A DNA stretch of 58,946 nucleotides, filler included, from Squatina squatina (GCA_031763465.1; 4 parts of 3 records of this genome joined end to end with filler, not necessarily neighbours in it); one strand, 5' to 3'; positions 38,707 to 51,270 are shown, counted from the whole stretch's first letter. Notes: generated by a model not told the origin, from the sequence alone. Made by a program: numbers and translations.

Positions 38707-39520
38707 NNNNNNNNNNNNNNNNNNNNNNNNNNNNNNNNNNNNNNNNNNNNNNNNNNNNNNNNNNNNNNNNNNNNNNNNNNNNNNNNNNNNNNNNNNNNNN
38801 NNNNNNGCACAGTGAAAAAAATTCTGCGACCAGAATATAAAGGACAGCAGCCCTCATACTATCTTGATGATGTGAATGAAAGTAGCACAAGTTTATCCAC
38901 TGTTTTACTGGTCACATTCTCGGCTCACCAGACACAATATCCAATACTGACAGTGGTGCCATTAAGCCAAATAAATATTAGCAGCACCCAAGACATTTAG
39001 AAAGCAACAAGGGTTTGACAGTGCATAGAGTGTCGAAAACCTGTTTGTTCCTCACCAAACATGGCTTGGTGGTGGAAAGGAAAGTTATTAAGTCAGCCGC
39101 AATCTCGATAAAAGAAGCATAAACACACATGAGGGAAATAACAGTTAATTGAAAGTCAGCTGAGTGTGATGCCAGTGCTCAATCACATAAACTTCAAAAG
39201 CATTCCACGCTTGGCAATGGCTTAGCTGAATGAATTAAAATGTCAGTACTGTTCATCTATAAGCTTTATTACATTTCCCCAGATCTTTTTTTTTTATTCT
39301 TTATAAATCCTGCTCCTATTTGAAAAGAAATTGAAGGATTTGATGTATTATGTATTGTCTCGATTGGTTTTCCCTTTGAAAAGTTAATGGTAATGACACC
39401 ATTCACTTAGTTTTAGAGAACAGTACATTTCAAGTTTTAGACCTATTGAAACCCTGGATCAAATATAAATTTTAATACAGTGAAACCTCCTTTCTCCCCT
39501 GGAAAAGCAATTGCTTTCAA

Positions 39521-39695
39521 TTAGCACCCCATCACATCTCAAACATCAAGGCGCTTCGCATTCAGTGAGCTACTTTAAAGGGCAATCGCTTTTTTGTTAG
39601 CAAACAAGGCATCCATTTGTGCACAGCGAGATCCCATACACAGCAATGGATGAATAACCAGGTGGTGGGTTTTTTCGGGTGGTATTGGTTGATGT
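39521..39695 (-). mobile_element. Diverged DeuSINE fragment
   Basis: Reverse complement CATTGCTGTGTATGGGATCTCGCTGTGCACAAATGG resembles 26655-26826. Confidence 0.6.
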
Positions 39696-41228
39696 AAAAA
39701 AAAAATTCAGCCTGAACTCCAATAGGGGAAAGCCTCTTTCCCACGTGGATAGTGGATAATGGAAATTGGTAGANNNNNNNNNNCTGAGAACCCCCAGTAG
39801 CCAAGGTACAGAAACAAAAAGCACAACACAAAAGAAAAATCATTTTGAACTTTATCCTTCTTGAGCAGTAAGTTTCATTTAGAGCACACGTGGAGACGGG
39901 TTGTATAATGAAGTCCTGCCTTGTGCAAGGCTTTGCCATGCCAAAATTCTGGAGAATTGGGATGCCAGATAATGGAGGTGCCAATGTATTGCTCATCCAA
40001 ACATGAAGGATTTTATTTAAACATGTGTTATGAAGGTAAAGTACCATAAGCAGACACTGCTGTACTGAATTTCCTTAATTTCATGTACAGGGATCACTAA
40101 CTTAATTTTTCTGCAAAGAACTTTTCAGACAACTCATTTTGTTACTAGCATCAAAAAATACTGTACTTATTATCTAGGTTGGCACACAAATACAGTACTG
40201 AGGGAATACTGCATAATCAAAAGGTGCTATCCTTNNNNNNNNNNNNNNNNNNNNNNNNNNNNNNNNNNNNNNNNNNNNNNNNNNNNNNNNNNNNNNNNNN
40301 NNNNNNNNNNNNNNNNNNNNNNNNNNNNNNNNNNTGCACTCTCTTGGAGGGTGGAGTGAGGAGGGATTTCAATTTTGACTCTTTCTTTGCCCTCCATAGC
40401 ATCATTGTATGCCAGAAACACCCTGTCTCCCGAGTGTCCAGTGTTGCTATGGGGCTGATGACACAATGTACGTGGTATGATATTTTTTTCATTTCAGTAT
40501 GCATTTGGGGGGGACTTATTCTGCTCCACTTGGCAATGGGAAGGAGGTGGTATGTGTCCCCAAGCATTTGTACACCGCACCCCCCACCCCACTCCAGGTC
40601 TGCTGGTGGAAAGTCGAGGCAGAAATCTTCAATTGAAGACTAGTACTGGCACAGGCATAATAAGCTGAATAACCTGCTTCTGTGCTGTAACTTCTGCATC
40701 ATATTAACATAACAACAGGTTGCACATTCCTCTCTAATTATGCCGTTCGTTGGAGATTACCAACCATTAAATGGGCAGATGTGCTTGTCTCCAGAGATTG
40801 CTTAACTCTCTGAATGTTCATGACAAGGGCGCTGCAGAGTTCCACTTGCTGCCAGTGAACACTGTTCAATGCAGCATCGAAGGCTCTGACTGCAGTCTAT
40901 CAGTGTCAGTGCATTTACTGGCAATGAACACAAACACAGTGAAGCACGTTGAGCATCGGCAATTCGTTCTCTTTGTTTCCTTTTCTTTCAACCCTTGTTT
41001 TGTTTTCTTGCAAACTTGCTCTCTCTTGTACATACTGTTTCTCTTTTTCTGAACTGGAAGCTGGGTGGTGGCAGATATTTTATGGAACATTTTCTCTTTA
41101 TTACCATCATGAACATTTTGCTCAAGGAACAATATGATATCGTGGAGCTCAGTAACTGAGAATGAAGGAAAAACTGTACATGCATATATGTGTGTTTATC
41201 TGTATTATATGTGTGTGTGTGTGTGTGT

Positions 41229-41476
41229 GTGCACCTGGAGTATTATGTACAGATTTGGTCTCCTTACCTAAGGAAGGATATACTTGCCATACAGGGAGTG
41301 CAAAGACTGATTCCTGGAATGGCAGGATTGTCCTATGAGGAGAGATTGAATAGACTAGGCCTGTATTCTCTAGAGTTTAGAAGAATGAGAGGTGATCTTA
41401 TTGAAACATACAAAATTCTTACAGGGCTCGACAGGGTAGATGCAGGGAGGATGTTTCCCCTGGCTGGGGAGTCTAG
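41229..41476 (+). mobile_element. CR1 LINE ORF2 fragment preceded by (TG)n
   Basis: HLEYYVQIWSPYLRKDILAIQGVQ...LSYEERLNRLGLYSLEFRRMRGDLIETYKIL. Confidence 0.9.
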
Positions 41477-44400
41477 NNNNNNNNNNNNNNNNNNNNNNNN
41501 NNNNNNNNNNNNNNNNNNNNNNNNNNNNNNNNNNNNNNNNNNNNNNNNNNNNNNNNNNNNNNNNNNNNNNNNNNNNCAAACATCCTTCATCTTAACATAA
41601 AGAATTTATGAAAAAATAGTTTATTGTAAAAAAAATTCTGCAATAAACTCAAAGGCGAAGGTAATACATTTTTAAAGACGGCATTTTAATCAGTGATTCA
41701 AAGTGTCAAATTAAACTATTGTACTGACTGATAATTCCGTCATTGTGGGGTGGGATAAACAATTGGATAATTTGACCTTCAATTCTTTACATTGTTATAT
41801 TAAAATATATCATAAAATGTATTTTCATTGAAATAGGGTAAACATTGAATAACTTAATGGAAATAAGTACATCTTTGCCACTGTGGCTACCAGCTACCAA
41901 TTGTCACCGTCTGAGACAACATATTTCTCATTTTATTTTGTATTTCAACAGATCAAGAACCGAAGGACCATTTCTTGGACAAAGCTGCGCCACATGGTCC
42001 AACGATTTTTATTGTGATTTGCTAAAGGATTCATAATGGTAGGGACGAATATTTCTGTTTAATTATCTGTTCTGTGTCCTTGGTATTANNNNNNNNNNNN
42101 NNNNNNNNNNNNNNNNNNNNNNNNNNNNNNNNNNNNNNNNNNNNNNNNNNNNNNNNNNNNNNNNNNNNNNNNNNNNNNNNNNNNNNNNNNNNNNNNNNNN
42201 NNNNNNNNNNNNNNNNNNNNNNNNNNNNNNNNNNNNNNNNNNNNNNNNNNNNNNNNNNNNNNNNNNNNNNNNNNNNNNNNNNNNNNNNNNNNNNNNNNNN
42301 NNNNNNNNNNNNNNNNNNNNNNNNNNNNNNNNNNNNNNNNNNNNNNNNNNNNNNNNNNNNNNNNNNNNNNNNNNNNNNNNNNNNNNNNNNNNNNNNNNNN
42401 NNNNNNNNNNNNNNNNNNNNNNNNNNNNNNNNNNNNNNNNNNNNNNNNNNNNNNNNNNNNNNNNNNNNNNNNNNNNNNNNNNNNNNNNNNNNNNNNNNNN
42501 NNNNNNNNNNNNNNNNNNNNNNNNNNNNNNNNNNNNNNNNNNNNNNNNNNNNNNNNNNNNNNNNNNNNNNNNNNNNNNNNNNNNNNNNNNNNNNNNNNNN
42601 NNNNNNNNNNNNNNNNNNNNNNNNNNNNNNNNNNNNNNNNNNNNNNNNNNNNNNNNNNNNNNNNNNNNNNNNNNNNNNNNNNNNNNNNNNNNNNNNNNNN
42701 NNNNNNNNNNNNNNNNNNNNNNNNNNNNNNNNNNNNNNNNNNNNNNNNNNNNNNNNNNNNNNNNNNNNNNNNNNNNNNNNNNNNNNNNNNNNNNNNNNNN
42801 NNNNNNNNNNNNNNNNNNNNNNNNNNNNNNNNNNNNNNNNNNNNNNNNNNNNNNNNNNNNNNNNNNNNNNNNNNNNNNNNNNNNNNNNNNNNNNNNNNNN
42901 NNNNNNNNNNNNNNNNNNNNNNNNNNNNNNNNNNNNNNNNNNNNNNNNNNNNNNNNNNNNNNNNNNNNNNNNNNNNNNNNNNNNNNNNNNTGTTTAGAGA
43001 CACACACAGTCATGTACAAATGCTGTAGGTGGGATGGAACATCTATTGAACTAGAGTGAAATAGGAAAGCAAATGGAATGAATGGCAGATTTGCTTGGAA
43101 GGAATGGAATGAGAGAGTTAATGGGATAGACTGGGCGTGAGAATCATACATGAATGGAATAGAATGATCAGACTGTTCCTGTTTCATCATCTGCAGAATG
43201 GTAACCTGCCCAACACCAATAGAGGAGGGTGCGAGAACCTATCATGGCCCATTGGTTGATAACGCAGAAATAATATAAATAGTTATCTTCCTTCATAACA
43301 AAGCTTTACTGCCAATGTATAATTTATGCAATATGATTAGAGTCTATTTATCTACCAGCAGAGATGCTCCAGCACTCCGTATATAATACACTGCAGTTTA
43401 TTGGGTAATTATGAGTGATGAGTGAATTATGGTTGTTTCCTCACACCAGTGATTCTTGTGATATAATGTGTATACATTCTTGGTACAAGATGATATTGGC
43501 GGTTTATGTTGAATGTGGAGTTTGTGTTCAATGAAACTAACAATAAGCTAAATGAAAATTTAAATCTGATGTTCTGAGAGGGTTTATTGGAAGTATCTGA
43601 GACAGCAGCATGCTCAGATTTCATCGCAGTCTTTTTGATATTGATAGATACAAAGTTCCCATTTCAAATCTTTGAAATATTTGCAATTATGGACCTGACG
43701 TTTAGCTTACTTTTGTTTACAGTCGCTGTGCTTGCCCTTTACAGCTACTTCTGACAGTGATAACCTTTTTAAATATAACATGTCTATCAATGGGAAGAAG
43801 TTTGCCATCAATTTCAGTTTTATTGATCTCCAAAGACTTCATATAGTTTCTAACCGGAAGCTTTGTGTAGTACCAGTTTTTACCCACCAGATGTGACTAG
43901 AGTACTTTGTAAGTAGTCGACTATAGACTTTACAGACCTCTAGAGACAGTAAAAAGGAACAATGTCACATTGTTATCAGGCAGTAAGATTCCTTCATTCA
44001 ATTTTCATCAGCCACTGAGGTCTCAGTGAAGATGTCACTTTGTAAATGGGATTTTGACGGTCTTTGAGCTTCAATAATAACATTCACTAAAATCTTTCCA
44101 GAAATAATAGCCAGCACATCCCCAACCACATTGTTTTACTAACATTTAGGTCAGTGTCGATGTTGATTTAAGCAGGCAATACCCACCAACTGTGCCAAGG
44201 GAAAGAAGACAGAGAATTGGATCTTATATGAATAGGCATCAACACTAAGGGGCAATAAGTTGATCTTACGGTAAGATGTTGGACCTGGGTTGCAAAAGGA
44301 ATATGATATCTGTTGAAAAGGCACCTCGATCTTGGTAACATAATCAATATACTGTCCATACCACTGTATCCAAACAGTTCAGCAAAGTGATTTGTCAACA

Positions 44401-44826
44401 ATTTGATACCAGGTCTGTAGGGGCCTTATGATCTGTACAAGATGATGTCCAAGACTGAGAAACATGATGAAAATTCAAGGTTTTTTACAGCCTTGCAACT
44501 GCTCCTGGTAGTACTGATTGATAGCTTATATTATGAAAATGTATAGGAAAATTAATTAAAGGATTAATTAATGGGACAAGAGGCTGAAAATCTTGACCCT
44601 ATAATACGGAATTGCCATATACTATGTGGAAAAATATAGGGGGCGAAATTCCACTTTTTTGTTAGCACTAATGAGACAATAAAATAATTTTTGCCGGGGC
44701 GAGGCGGTGATCTCGCCTCCTGGGAAATTCCCCGGGAAGTCACAGAGGCACGAATTTCACGGCGGATTGGCGCGTCACATCGTAAGCGTGCACGCCGATC
44801 CCTTACCACCCCACAGCGACACATTT

Positions 44827-44926
44827 NNNNNNNNNNNNNNNNNNNNNNNNNNNNNNNNNNNNNNNNNNNNTTAATTAATTAANNNNNNNNNNNNNNNNNN
44901 NNNNNNNNNNNNNNNNNNNNNNNNNN
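44827..44926. other. Artificial linker (TTAATTAATTAA at 44871-44882)
   Basis: Same 44N-12mer-44N structure. Confidence 0.97.
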
Positions 44927-45231
44927 CAACTCCAGACTAATTACCAATGAAGCTACAACACTGACAAAACCAAACATAGACCACATGTCCACAAAGACTG
45001 ACCATAAAACAGAATGACTGCGCTATCAAAAGGCTACAATGAATTGCCAGGTATCGTCTGAACCTCTAAATTAGAGCCCAACTATTCTGTTATGCTTTTC
45101 CTCAGTCAAATGTAGCACAGAACATTCTGTTGGATTGTGCGCTAACCCACAGAAAGATGCAGCATGCTATTCCCAGTTCTTGTCACAATTTGTCAATTTT
45201 CAGATCAATCTCAAATTCAAGATCAACTTAC

Positions 45232-45288
45232 CAGCAATTCCTGGGTACTTGGGTTGATTTAGAAGCGATGCCATCAGTAAATGGATTA
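45232..45288 (-). CDS. Candidate 57-nt exon of unassigned gene (NPFTDGIASKSTQVPRNC)
   Basis: T-rich acceptor ending TTGCAG and CTG|GTAAGT donor. Open in two frames. No homology recognised. Confidence 0.4.
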
Positions 45289-45990
45289 CTGCAATAATTT
45301 AAATAGTTAAAAAAAAGTGTTTAAGACAAATCCGGTTAAAATAATTTTAGAAATTTAAAACAGGGACAGTGCTTCAATTTTGCCATAAACTTTTTAAAAA
45401 AAACAGCCAAGAACAGGGACAGTCAGTGCAACTTCGCAATCAACACTACAACTTTCACTAACACTTTTCTCAATATTTTTCCAGATAACTTAGAGTATGC
45501 AGTCAAGTGAGTGTAAACATTAAAAATGCATTTATATTTCAATACATTCATGCTTTCACTTTGGTGTGATTGCAATTTTTTTTCTCCTTCTCCCAATGTT
45601 ATTCAAAATAAAGGTTAATTTGTCAGACATACAAGTTCTCATGGTTCATTCATAACCAGAGATGTGCCTGGATAAAAATTTATAATAAAAGCCTGCGTAA
45701 AAGTATCAGAAAATCTTACATCTGTGCACACTTTCTGTCAACCTTTTCCACGATAAATCCCTATGCCCACATTTAGAATGAAAGGCAACAGCGTTGTCAA
45801 CAGTGGATCTGCTACTGCCCTGCATTGGCAATAGTGCTTTCTAACACTAGAGAACAACTGATAACCTTAACCCCAACACCAGCCCCCAACTACTAACTCC
45901 GCAGCTCTAATTCCAACCCCTAACCCCCTTAACCTAACCACCAAAACTAAACTCTAAATCGCATGCGCGAGGAGCTCATTGTACAATGTA

Positions 45991-46090
45991 GTGTCAGCTG
46001 TGGCTCAGTGAATAGCACGTTCGCCTTAGTCAGAAGGTTGTGGGTTCAGGTCCCACTCCAGGACCTTGAGCACAGAAATCTAGGCTGACA
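45991..46090 (+). mobile_element. tRNA-derived SINE head with A and B boxes
   Basis: TGGCTCAGTGAA (A box) and GGTTCAGGTCC (B box-like), then GACCTTGAGCAC...AGGCTGACA. Confidence 0.75.
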
Positions 46091-46224
46091 NNNNNNNNNN
46101 NNNNNNNNNNNNNNNNNNNNNNNNNNNNNNNNNNNNNNNNNNNNNNNNNNNNNNNNNNNNNNNNNNNNNNNNNNNNNNNNNNNNNNNNNNCTGCACATGT
46201 AAACTTGTCACACTCTAATTATAC

Positions 46225-46274
46225 CTTTCCACCAGCGACGGTGCTGCAATACCACCAGTGGTGGGAGGATATAA
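46225..46274 (-). CDS. Candidate 50-nt exon (LYPPTTGGIAAPSLVE)
   Basis: TAG acceptor with weak tract, AAG|GTATAA donor. Phase-compatible with neighbouring candidates. Confidence 0.28.
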
Positions 46275-46463
46275 CTACAATATGACCATTGACAAAGACT
46301 GTTTCTATTATAAATACAGACATAGGAATTTGTAACAAATATGTAAAAGATAAGGATAGAATATATGTCCTTAAAACAAGGACTGAATTACATTGCACCC
46401 AAGTATCACGCTTTTTCCGTCACATTTTGCTGATAACATCCCCTTATTAGTAAACAATATTAC

Positions 46464-46496
46464 CTCTGACTCACTATGAGCAATGCCATGGGAGAT
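46464..46496 (-). CDS. Candidate 33-nt exon (ISHGIAHSESE)
   Basis: CAG acceptor with weak tract, GAG|GTAATA donor, phase 0/0. Confidence 0.28.
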
Positions 46497-47041
46497 CTGT
46501 TAATACACGTTGTATAGAATAATTTTTTTTCTGACTAGTTAATCTCTCGTGGTGTCAAGTGACGGGGAGTCAAGACCGAGTCCAGTCTTCAGGTGAAGTA
46601 GGGTTAGAGGACTTGGGGCAGGGGGCATAATTGAACCAGAGCATGCAGATATAATTCAGCGCCTCCAGTGGGAGAAATGTGTAATTACAACATGAAAAGT
46701 TGACAGGCAGTTTCCGTTGTAATAGGAATTTACAATGGGAAAAAGTTGTCAGGGAGATGTAACAGTTTTAATGTATTACACATAAATAAATAGATGCCAA
46801 TTTGCATTCCTCATTTTCTTACGAATTGTGTGCTGGGAAACTTGTTTGTGTTCTGAAAACTGTATGCAGAGAGATTTGAATAGTTAAAGTTTTAATAACA
46901 TTTAAAAACTGATTACGAGTTAAACAAAATGATAAGCAAAGAGATGGCACAAACTGAAAGGGCCGAATGGCCTCTTTCTGTGTTGTAAACCTGTGGTTCC
47001 AGAGGAAATCTATGGCATTATTAAGCCAAGATATAAATTAC

Positions 47042-47161
47042 CCTCTCAAAGGCGCCAAGTCCATCGAGTTGTACAGCTATTTTAATTCCTTGTATGGTGA
47101 TCTCCAGCACACAGCTAGAAGGCGGGTTGAACTGGACAGTCAATCTTCTCGTAGTTGCAAT
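47042..47161 (-). CDS. MAPK8IP1: MAPK8IP1 (JIP1) PID/PTB-domain exon, 120 nt
   Basis: AG/GT-bounded. [30 protein letters not shown] matches recalled human [30 protein letters not shown]. Not in the ORF track. Confidence 0.92.
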
Positions 47162-47285
47162 CTGTTGAGAAAGCAACAGCTGGGTAGAATCTTCACCAAA
47201 GACAGCAGTTGAGATAGCACTTTTAAAAGAGCAATTTAATCCAATATCTCTCTATTTATTTTCTGCCCTTATTCAGGTTCACGTG

Positions 47286-47493
47286 TATCCTGGCCAATAT
47301 CTATCGCCTCAACCAACATCACTAAAACACACTATCTGGTCATACAGTATATCTCATTGCTCTATCTGGGAGTTTGCTGTGCATAAATTGGCTGCCACAT
47401 TGCAACAGCGACTGCACTTCAAAAGTACTTCATTGGCTGTAAAATGCTTTGGGACGTCCTAAGGTCGTGAAAGGCGCTATATAAATGCAAGTT
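47286..47493 (+). mobile_element. DeuSINE (SacSINE1/AmnSINE1-like) 3' part
   Basis: Matches 26655-26826, ends AAGGCGCTATATAAATGCAAGT. Confidence 0.8.
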
Positions 47494-48167
47494 CAATCAT
47501 TCTTCCTGTCAGTCCATTAAATCTCGTCCTTGCTGAGCACCAACTCCACCATCTTCCCGTTACAGTGCCGACCGATTTCTTAAATATGATTCCAATGTTC
47601 TGTTCCCCCACCACCCTATCAGCCAGCTCACTCCAACAGTTGATCATCCTCCTTCCAAAGAAATAGTTCCAGGTATCNNNNNNNNNNNNNNNNNNNNNNN
47701 NNNNNNNNNNNNNNNNNNNNNNNNNNNNNNNNNNNNNNNNNNNNNNNNNNNNNNNNNNNNNNNNNNNNNNNNNNNNNAGGGCGTTTAAAAAAAAAAAGGG
47801 TGTGCTTTTCTCAACAATTTTTTTTTATAAACACATTCATTTATTGGTAATAAAAATATTGGAGATGGGACAAAAAAAAAGTCTGTTTGACTTAGTAGAA
47901 CCACAACAACTTGTATTCATATAGCACCTTTAACGTAGTAAGACGTCCCAAGGTGCTTCATACAAGGAGTGGGAGGGTCTTGTTCTAATACCTTACAGGA
48001 ATGCGTCGGACCGGAGTTAGCAAGCCAAGCCTGGGGGGCTGCAGAATGTCCCCAGATTCACATCTAGCTTATGCCTGGAGCACTGAATAAAGTGCGACGT
48101 CCTGGCACCCCATTCAGCCACTGTCACACACCGGGCCCCGGACAGGAAATAATTAAAGGCTACTTAC

Positions 48168-48534
48168 TGGACGTCCTTGACCTCCCACTCATAAAGACAT
48201 TGAGGAACTTCTTGGAGAAAGGAATATCTGCTTCTGGCGTGGAGTCTTCTGACAGACAGACCGAGTCCCTCTTCTGCACGCCCTCCTCATACTCCTCACC
48301 AATGGCAGACTCGTATGGGGACGCAATGCAGTTGTCGTAGACAGTGGCCGAATCGCTGTCGTCGCTGTACCCTGAGTAACAGTGTTTGAGGCTCACCAGC
48401 TCCAACTGCATGTTCTCATCCACAACCAGTGTGTACTTAACCGAATCGTAGGACAGCGCACTGTCCGAGCTAATGGAGGTCCGTGGACAGAGCTCATCAG
48501 CGGTGAGCGAGGTTCGTGGCAACGAGCAGCTGTG
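48168..48534 (-). CDS. MAPK8IP1: MAPK8IP1 (JIP1) large central exon, 3' part
   Basis: [16 protein letters not shown]...[23 protein letters not shown]...[21 protein letters not shown] donor at 48167. 5' side lost in gap. Confidence 0.95.
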
Positions 48535-48773
48535 NNNNNNNNNNNNNNNNNNNNNNNNNNNNNNNNNNNNNNNNNNNNNNNNNNNNNNNNNNNNNNNNNN
48601 NNNNNNNNNNNNNNNNNNNNNNNNNNNNNNNNNNGCATCAGAAATAATATGGTCATAAGTCAACAAATGCAGTAAAATATAGGTTAAAAACGGACAGAAA
48701 TCTAATGACCTCCCCTCTTTTATCCCCTTGTGGACCTAATTTAAGAATCTCTGAAACATTGAGAAGAAAAATA

Positions 48774-48962
48774 AAGTCTTGCATTTCTATAGCACGTTTC
48801 ACGAGCACCGGACATCCCAAAGCACTTTAGAGCCATTGAAGTACTTTTTGAAGTGTAGTCACTGTTGTAATGTAGGAAACGCGGCAGCCAATTTGCGCAC
48901 AGCATGCTCCCACAAACAGCAGTGTGATAATGACCAGATAATCTGTTTTAGCAATGTTGACC
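48774..48962 (-). mobile_element. DeuSINE 3' part
   Basis: Reverse complement of the family at 26655 and 47286. Confidence 0.8.
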
Positions 48963-49465
48963 CACAAGTTTAACGAATCAAAATGATTACCGTGTTCCCC
49001 ACAGTCTGTTGTGGCTGGCTCGCTGTGATGTTTTGGTTAACTGCTGCCACCCTTTAACAGCTGCGTCTGTTATTATGTGTTGCCTGCTGTCAAGCTAGCT
49101 GATGTGTTCGCGGAGTGCTCAAGGAAGCTTATTGAGCAACGCAATCGATCCAAATTGCGACTAAGCTGCCAAAATTAGACCTTTTCCAAGAGTATTGTTT
49201 AAAAAAAAAGGCTTTTCAATTCAATGATCGGAGTAATGGGAGCTGGAAAACCTCCACTGCTACCCTGTAATTTCAGAGTGTGGATAATGCTGTATTTGAT
49301 TACCAATATAATCATTTGGCACGAGTTACCAGCGTGCTACACTTTGAAGCTGTAATAAGAGCATGGACACTTGCTGTTCCAATTCAGCAATGCATGATAG
49401 ACAATTCCAGATAATTTGCAGGCCATTTTAGATAATCTTTTCAATATGTTTCTTTTTCTCTTCAG

Positions 49466-49561
49466 AGCTCTGAGGAACCACTTGTTAATCGTAGCCAAAA
49501 GACTTCTAGTGAGACACTGGGAGCGCTAGATAAACCATGTTTATCCGAATGGACCACTTTG
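49466..49561 (+). CDS. Candidate 96-nt exon of unassigned gene (SSEEPLVNRSQKTSSETLGALDKPCLSEWTTL)
   Basis: Strong acceptor TTTCTTTTTCTCTTCAG, donor TTG|GTAGGG. Only the phase-0 frame is open. Confidence 0.3.
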
Positions 49562-50213
49562 GTAGGGGACACTGCAAATTGTGAATGAGCATCGTTGAGT
49601 GTCAAGAGTGAAAGTGATTGTGTTCTGAGCACGAAAACAGTTTGTTTTCACAACGGGTGACGTTTGACTGACCAGTGGCGTGCGGCATGTTTTGTCCATT
49701 GCTGCGGTGCTTTCTGCTGTGTTGTTCCTTTTTTCTGACTATTTTTCCCATTTCAAACTAATTTCTCTTACTTGATAGCTGCTTTCATTTTTATGTACTT
49801 TAAAAAGTTTTAAATATTTTGCTTCCTTCTTAACTTGCTTCCTGATGTTGAGTTTGTTGGGTTGACTTGGATTAATTTTAAACGGAAGTGAATTTGGGCA
49901 GGACAGAATTTGGGATGTGGTATCTGGTAGGAAAGGTTGGCCATGCTGCTGCTGCAGTTGGAGTTTGCCACACTGTCTTGTGGCTGCTATGTTCACTTGT
50001 GCCACATACATTTATTGAAATACTACATTTTGCTATAGTCCCAACAGTCTTGACAGTTGCGCAAGTTAGTTTGCAGCTTTCCGGTAGTATTGCAATAATT
50101 AGTTATAAGTCAANNNNNNNNNNNNNNNNNNNNNNNNNNNNNNNNNNNNNNNNNNNNNNNNNNNNNNNNNNNNNNNNNNNNNNNNNNNNNNNNNNNNNNN
50201 NNNNNNNNNNNNN

Positions 50214-50799
50214 CTGAGATACTAACACCCCAAACTACGAAACAGGCTGCCACAGCATAGCAGGTCTTTCTGGTTCGGACAGCAAACAGGGAATGAACCA
50301 CTGCAAAGTATCGGTCGAGAGTCATCAATGTCAGCAGCATGATCCCACTGTAGTAACCGGCGAAGAAAATCGAACTCATTATTTTGCACATGACCTTGCC
50401 AAAGACCCATCCAAAAGTATGATCCATAGCCCAGAACGGAAGCGAGAAGGCAAAAAGCAAATCGGAGGTGACCAGATTCAGAATGAAGATGTCTGTTATA
50501 CTTTTCAGCTTCTCGTATCTCACCAGGATCCACAAAACTAGAGTATTCCCAAACAGGCTGAAAATAAAGATGAGGCTGTACAAGACTGGCGTAAATGTGG
50601 ATCCAAATAAGTTAACATCCACATTCTCACACAGTTGAATGAATCCTGTGTAATCCACCGACGAGTTTGGACCATAAACATAATAATCATCATAATCATA
50701 TGTCAGATTCCAGGGGTGCTTGGTTTCGTTCGAGGCGGGTGAATTTCCAGCTGATAGTATATCGATCTGCATCACAGACTGTGGAGGAGAAGTAACCAT
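50214..50799 (-). CDS. Chemokine receptor, XCR1/CCR-like GPCR (N-terminus to TM4, rest in gap)
   Basis: Tyr/Asp-rich N-terminus with Cys (QLCEN), GNTLVLWILVRYEKLKSITDIFILNL, SDLLFAFSLPFW, GWVFGKVMCK, DRYFAVVH. Confidence 0.92.
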
Positions 50800-51177
50800 T
50801 AATATCTAATGCCCTTTTGGTAAAAAGGTCAAAGTAAAAATTCAGATAAAGGTTATTTCATTATATCCCCAGTACCTCGCTGCAAAGTTTAAGAAATTGC
50901 AGATGTACTGATGGAGATCAATGGCTTTTGTTCCACTCCAGCTGTGTGGTTAAGTTCTGTGAAATAGCATGTAGAAACTGTGTCACGTCATCATTATATA
51001 AATTAATGTTACGGTCAAAATAGATGTTTGACATTCTTAGAAACTCTGTTCCATTTCTCAGCACTTTCTCTCCTCATATTTAACACCAAAGACCAAAGTG
51101 GAGGGGCAATGTGCTGGAAGTCATTTGTGAGCTGAATCTGAACTTATAGTTGAGCCTGCAAGAGAGCATGCTCCAAG

Positions 51178-51270
51178 GTTCAGCTGCCTAGGCCCTGAGT
51201 TCTGGAATTCCTTGCCTAAACCTCTCCACCTCTCCATTTCTCTTTCCTCCTTTAAGACGCTCCTTAAAAC
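51178..51270 (+). mobile_element. L2 LINE 3' fragment
   Basis: Matches about 8320-8390 (CTAGGCCCT...CCTAAAC...CCTTAAAAC). Confidence 0.7.

Noticed and set aside
45991-46090. tRNA gene
   Set aside because: A and B boxes continue into SINE body sequence shared with 32991-33090, and no acceptor stem is present.
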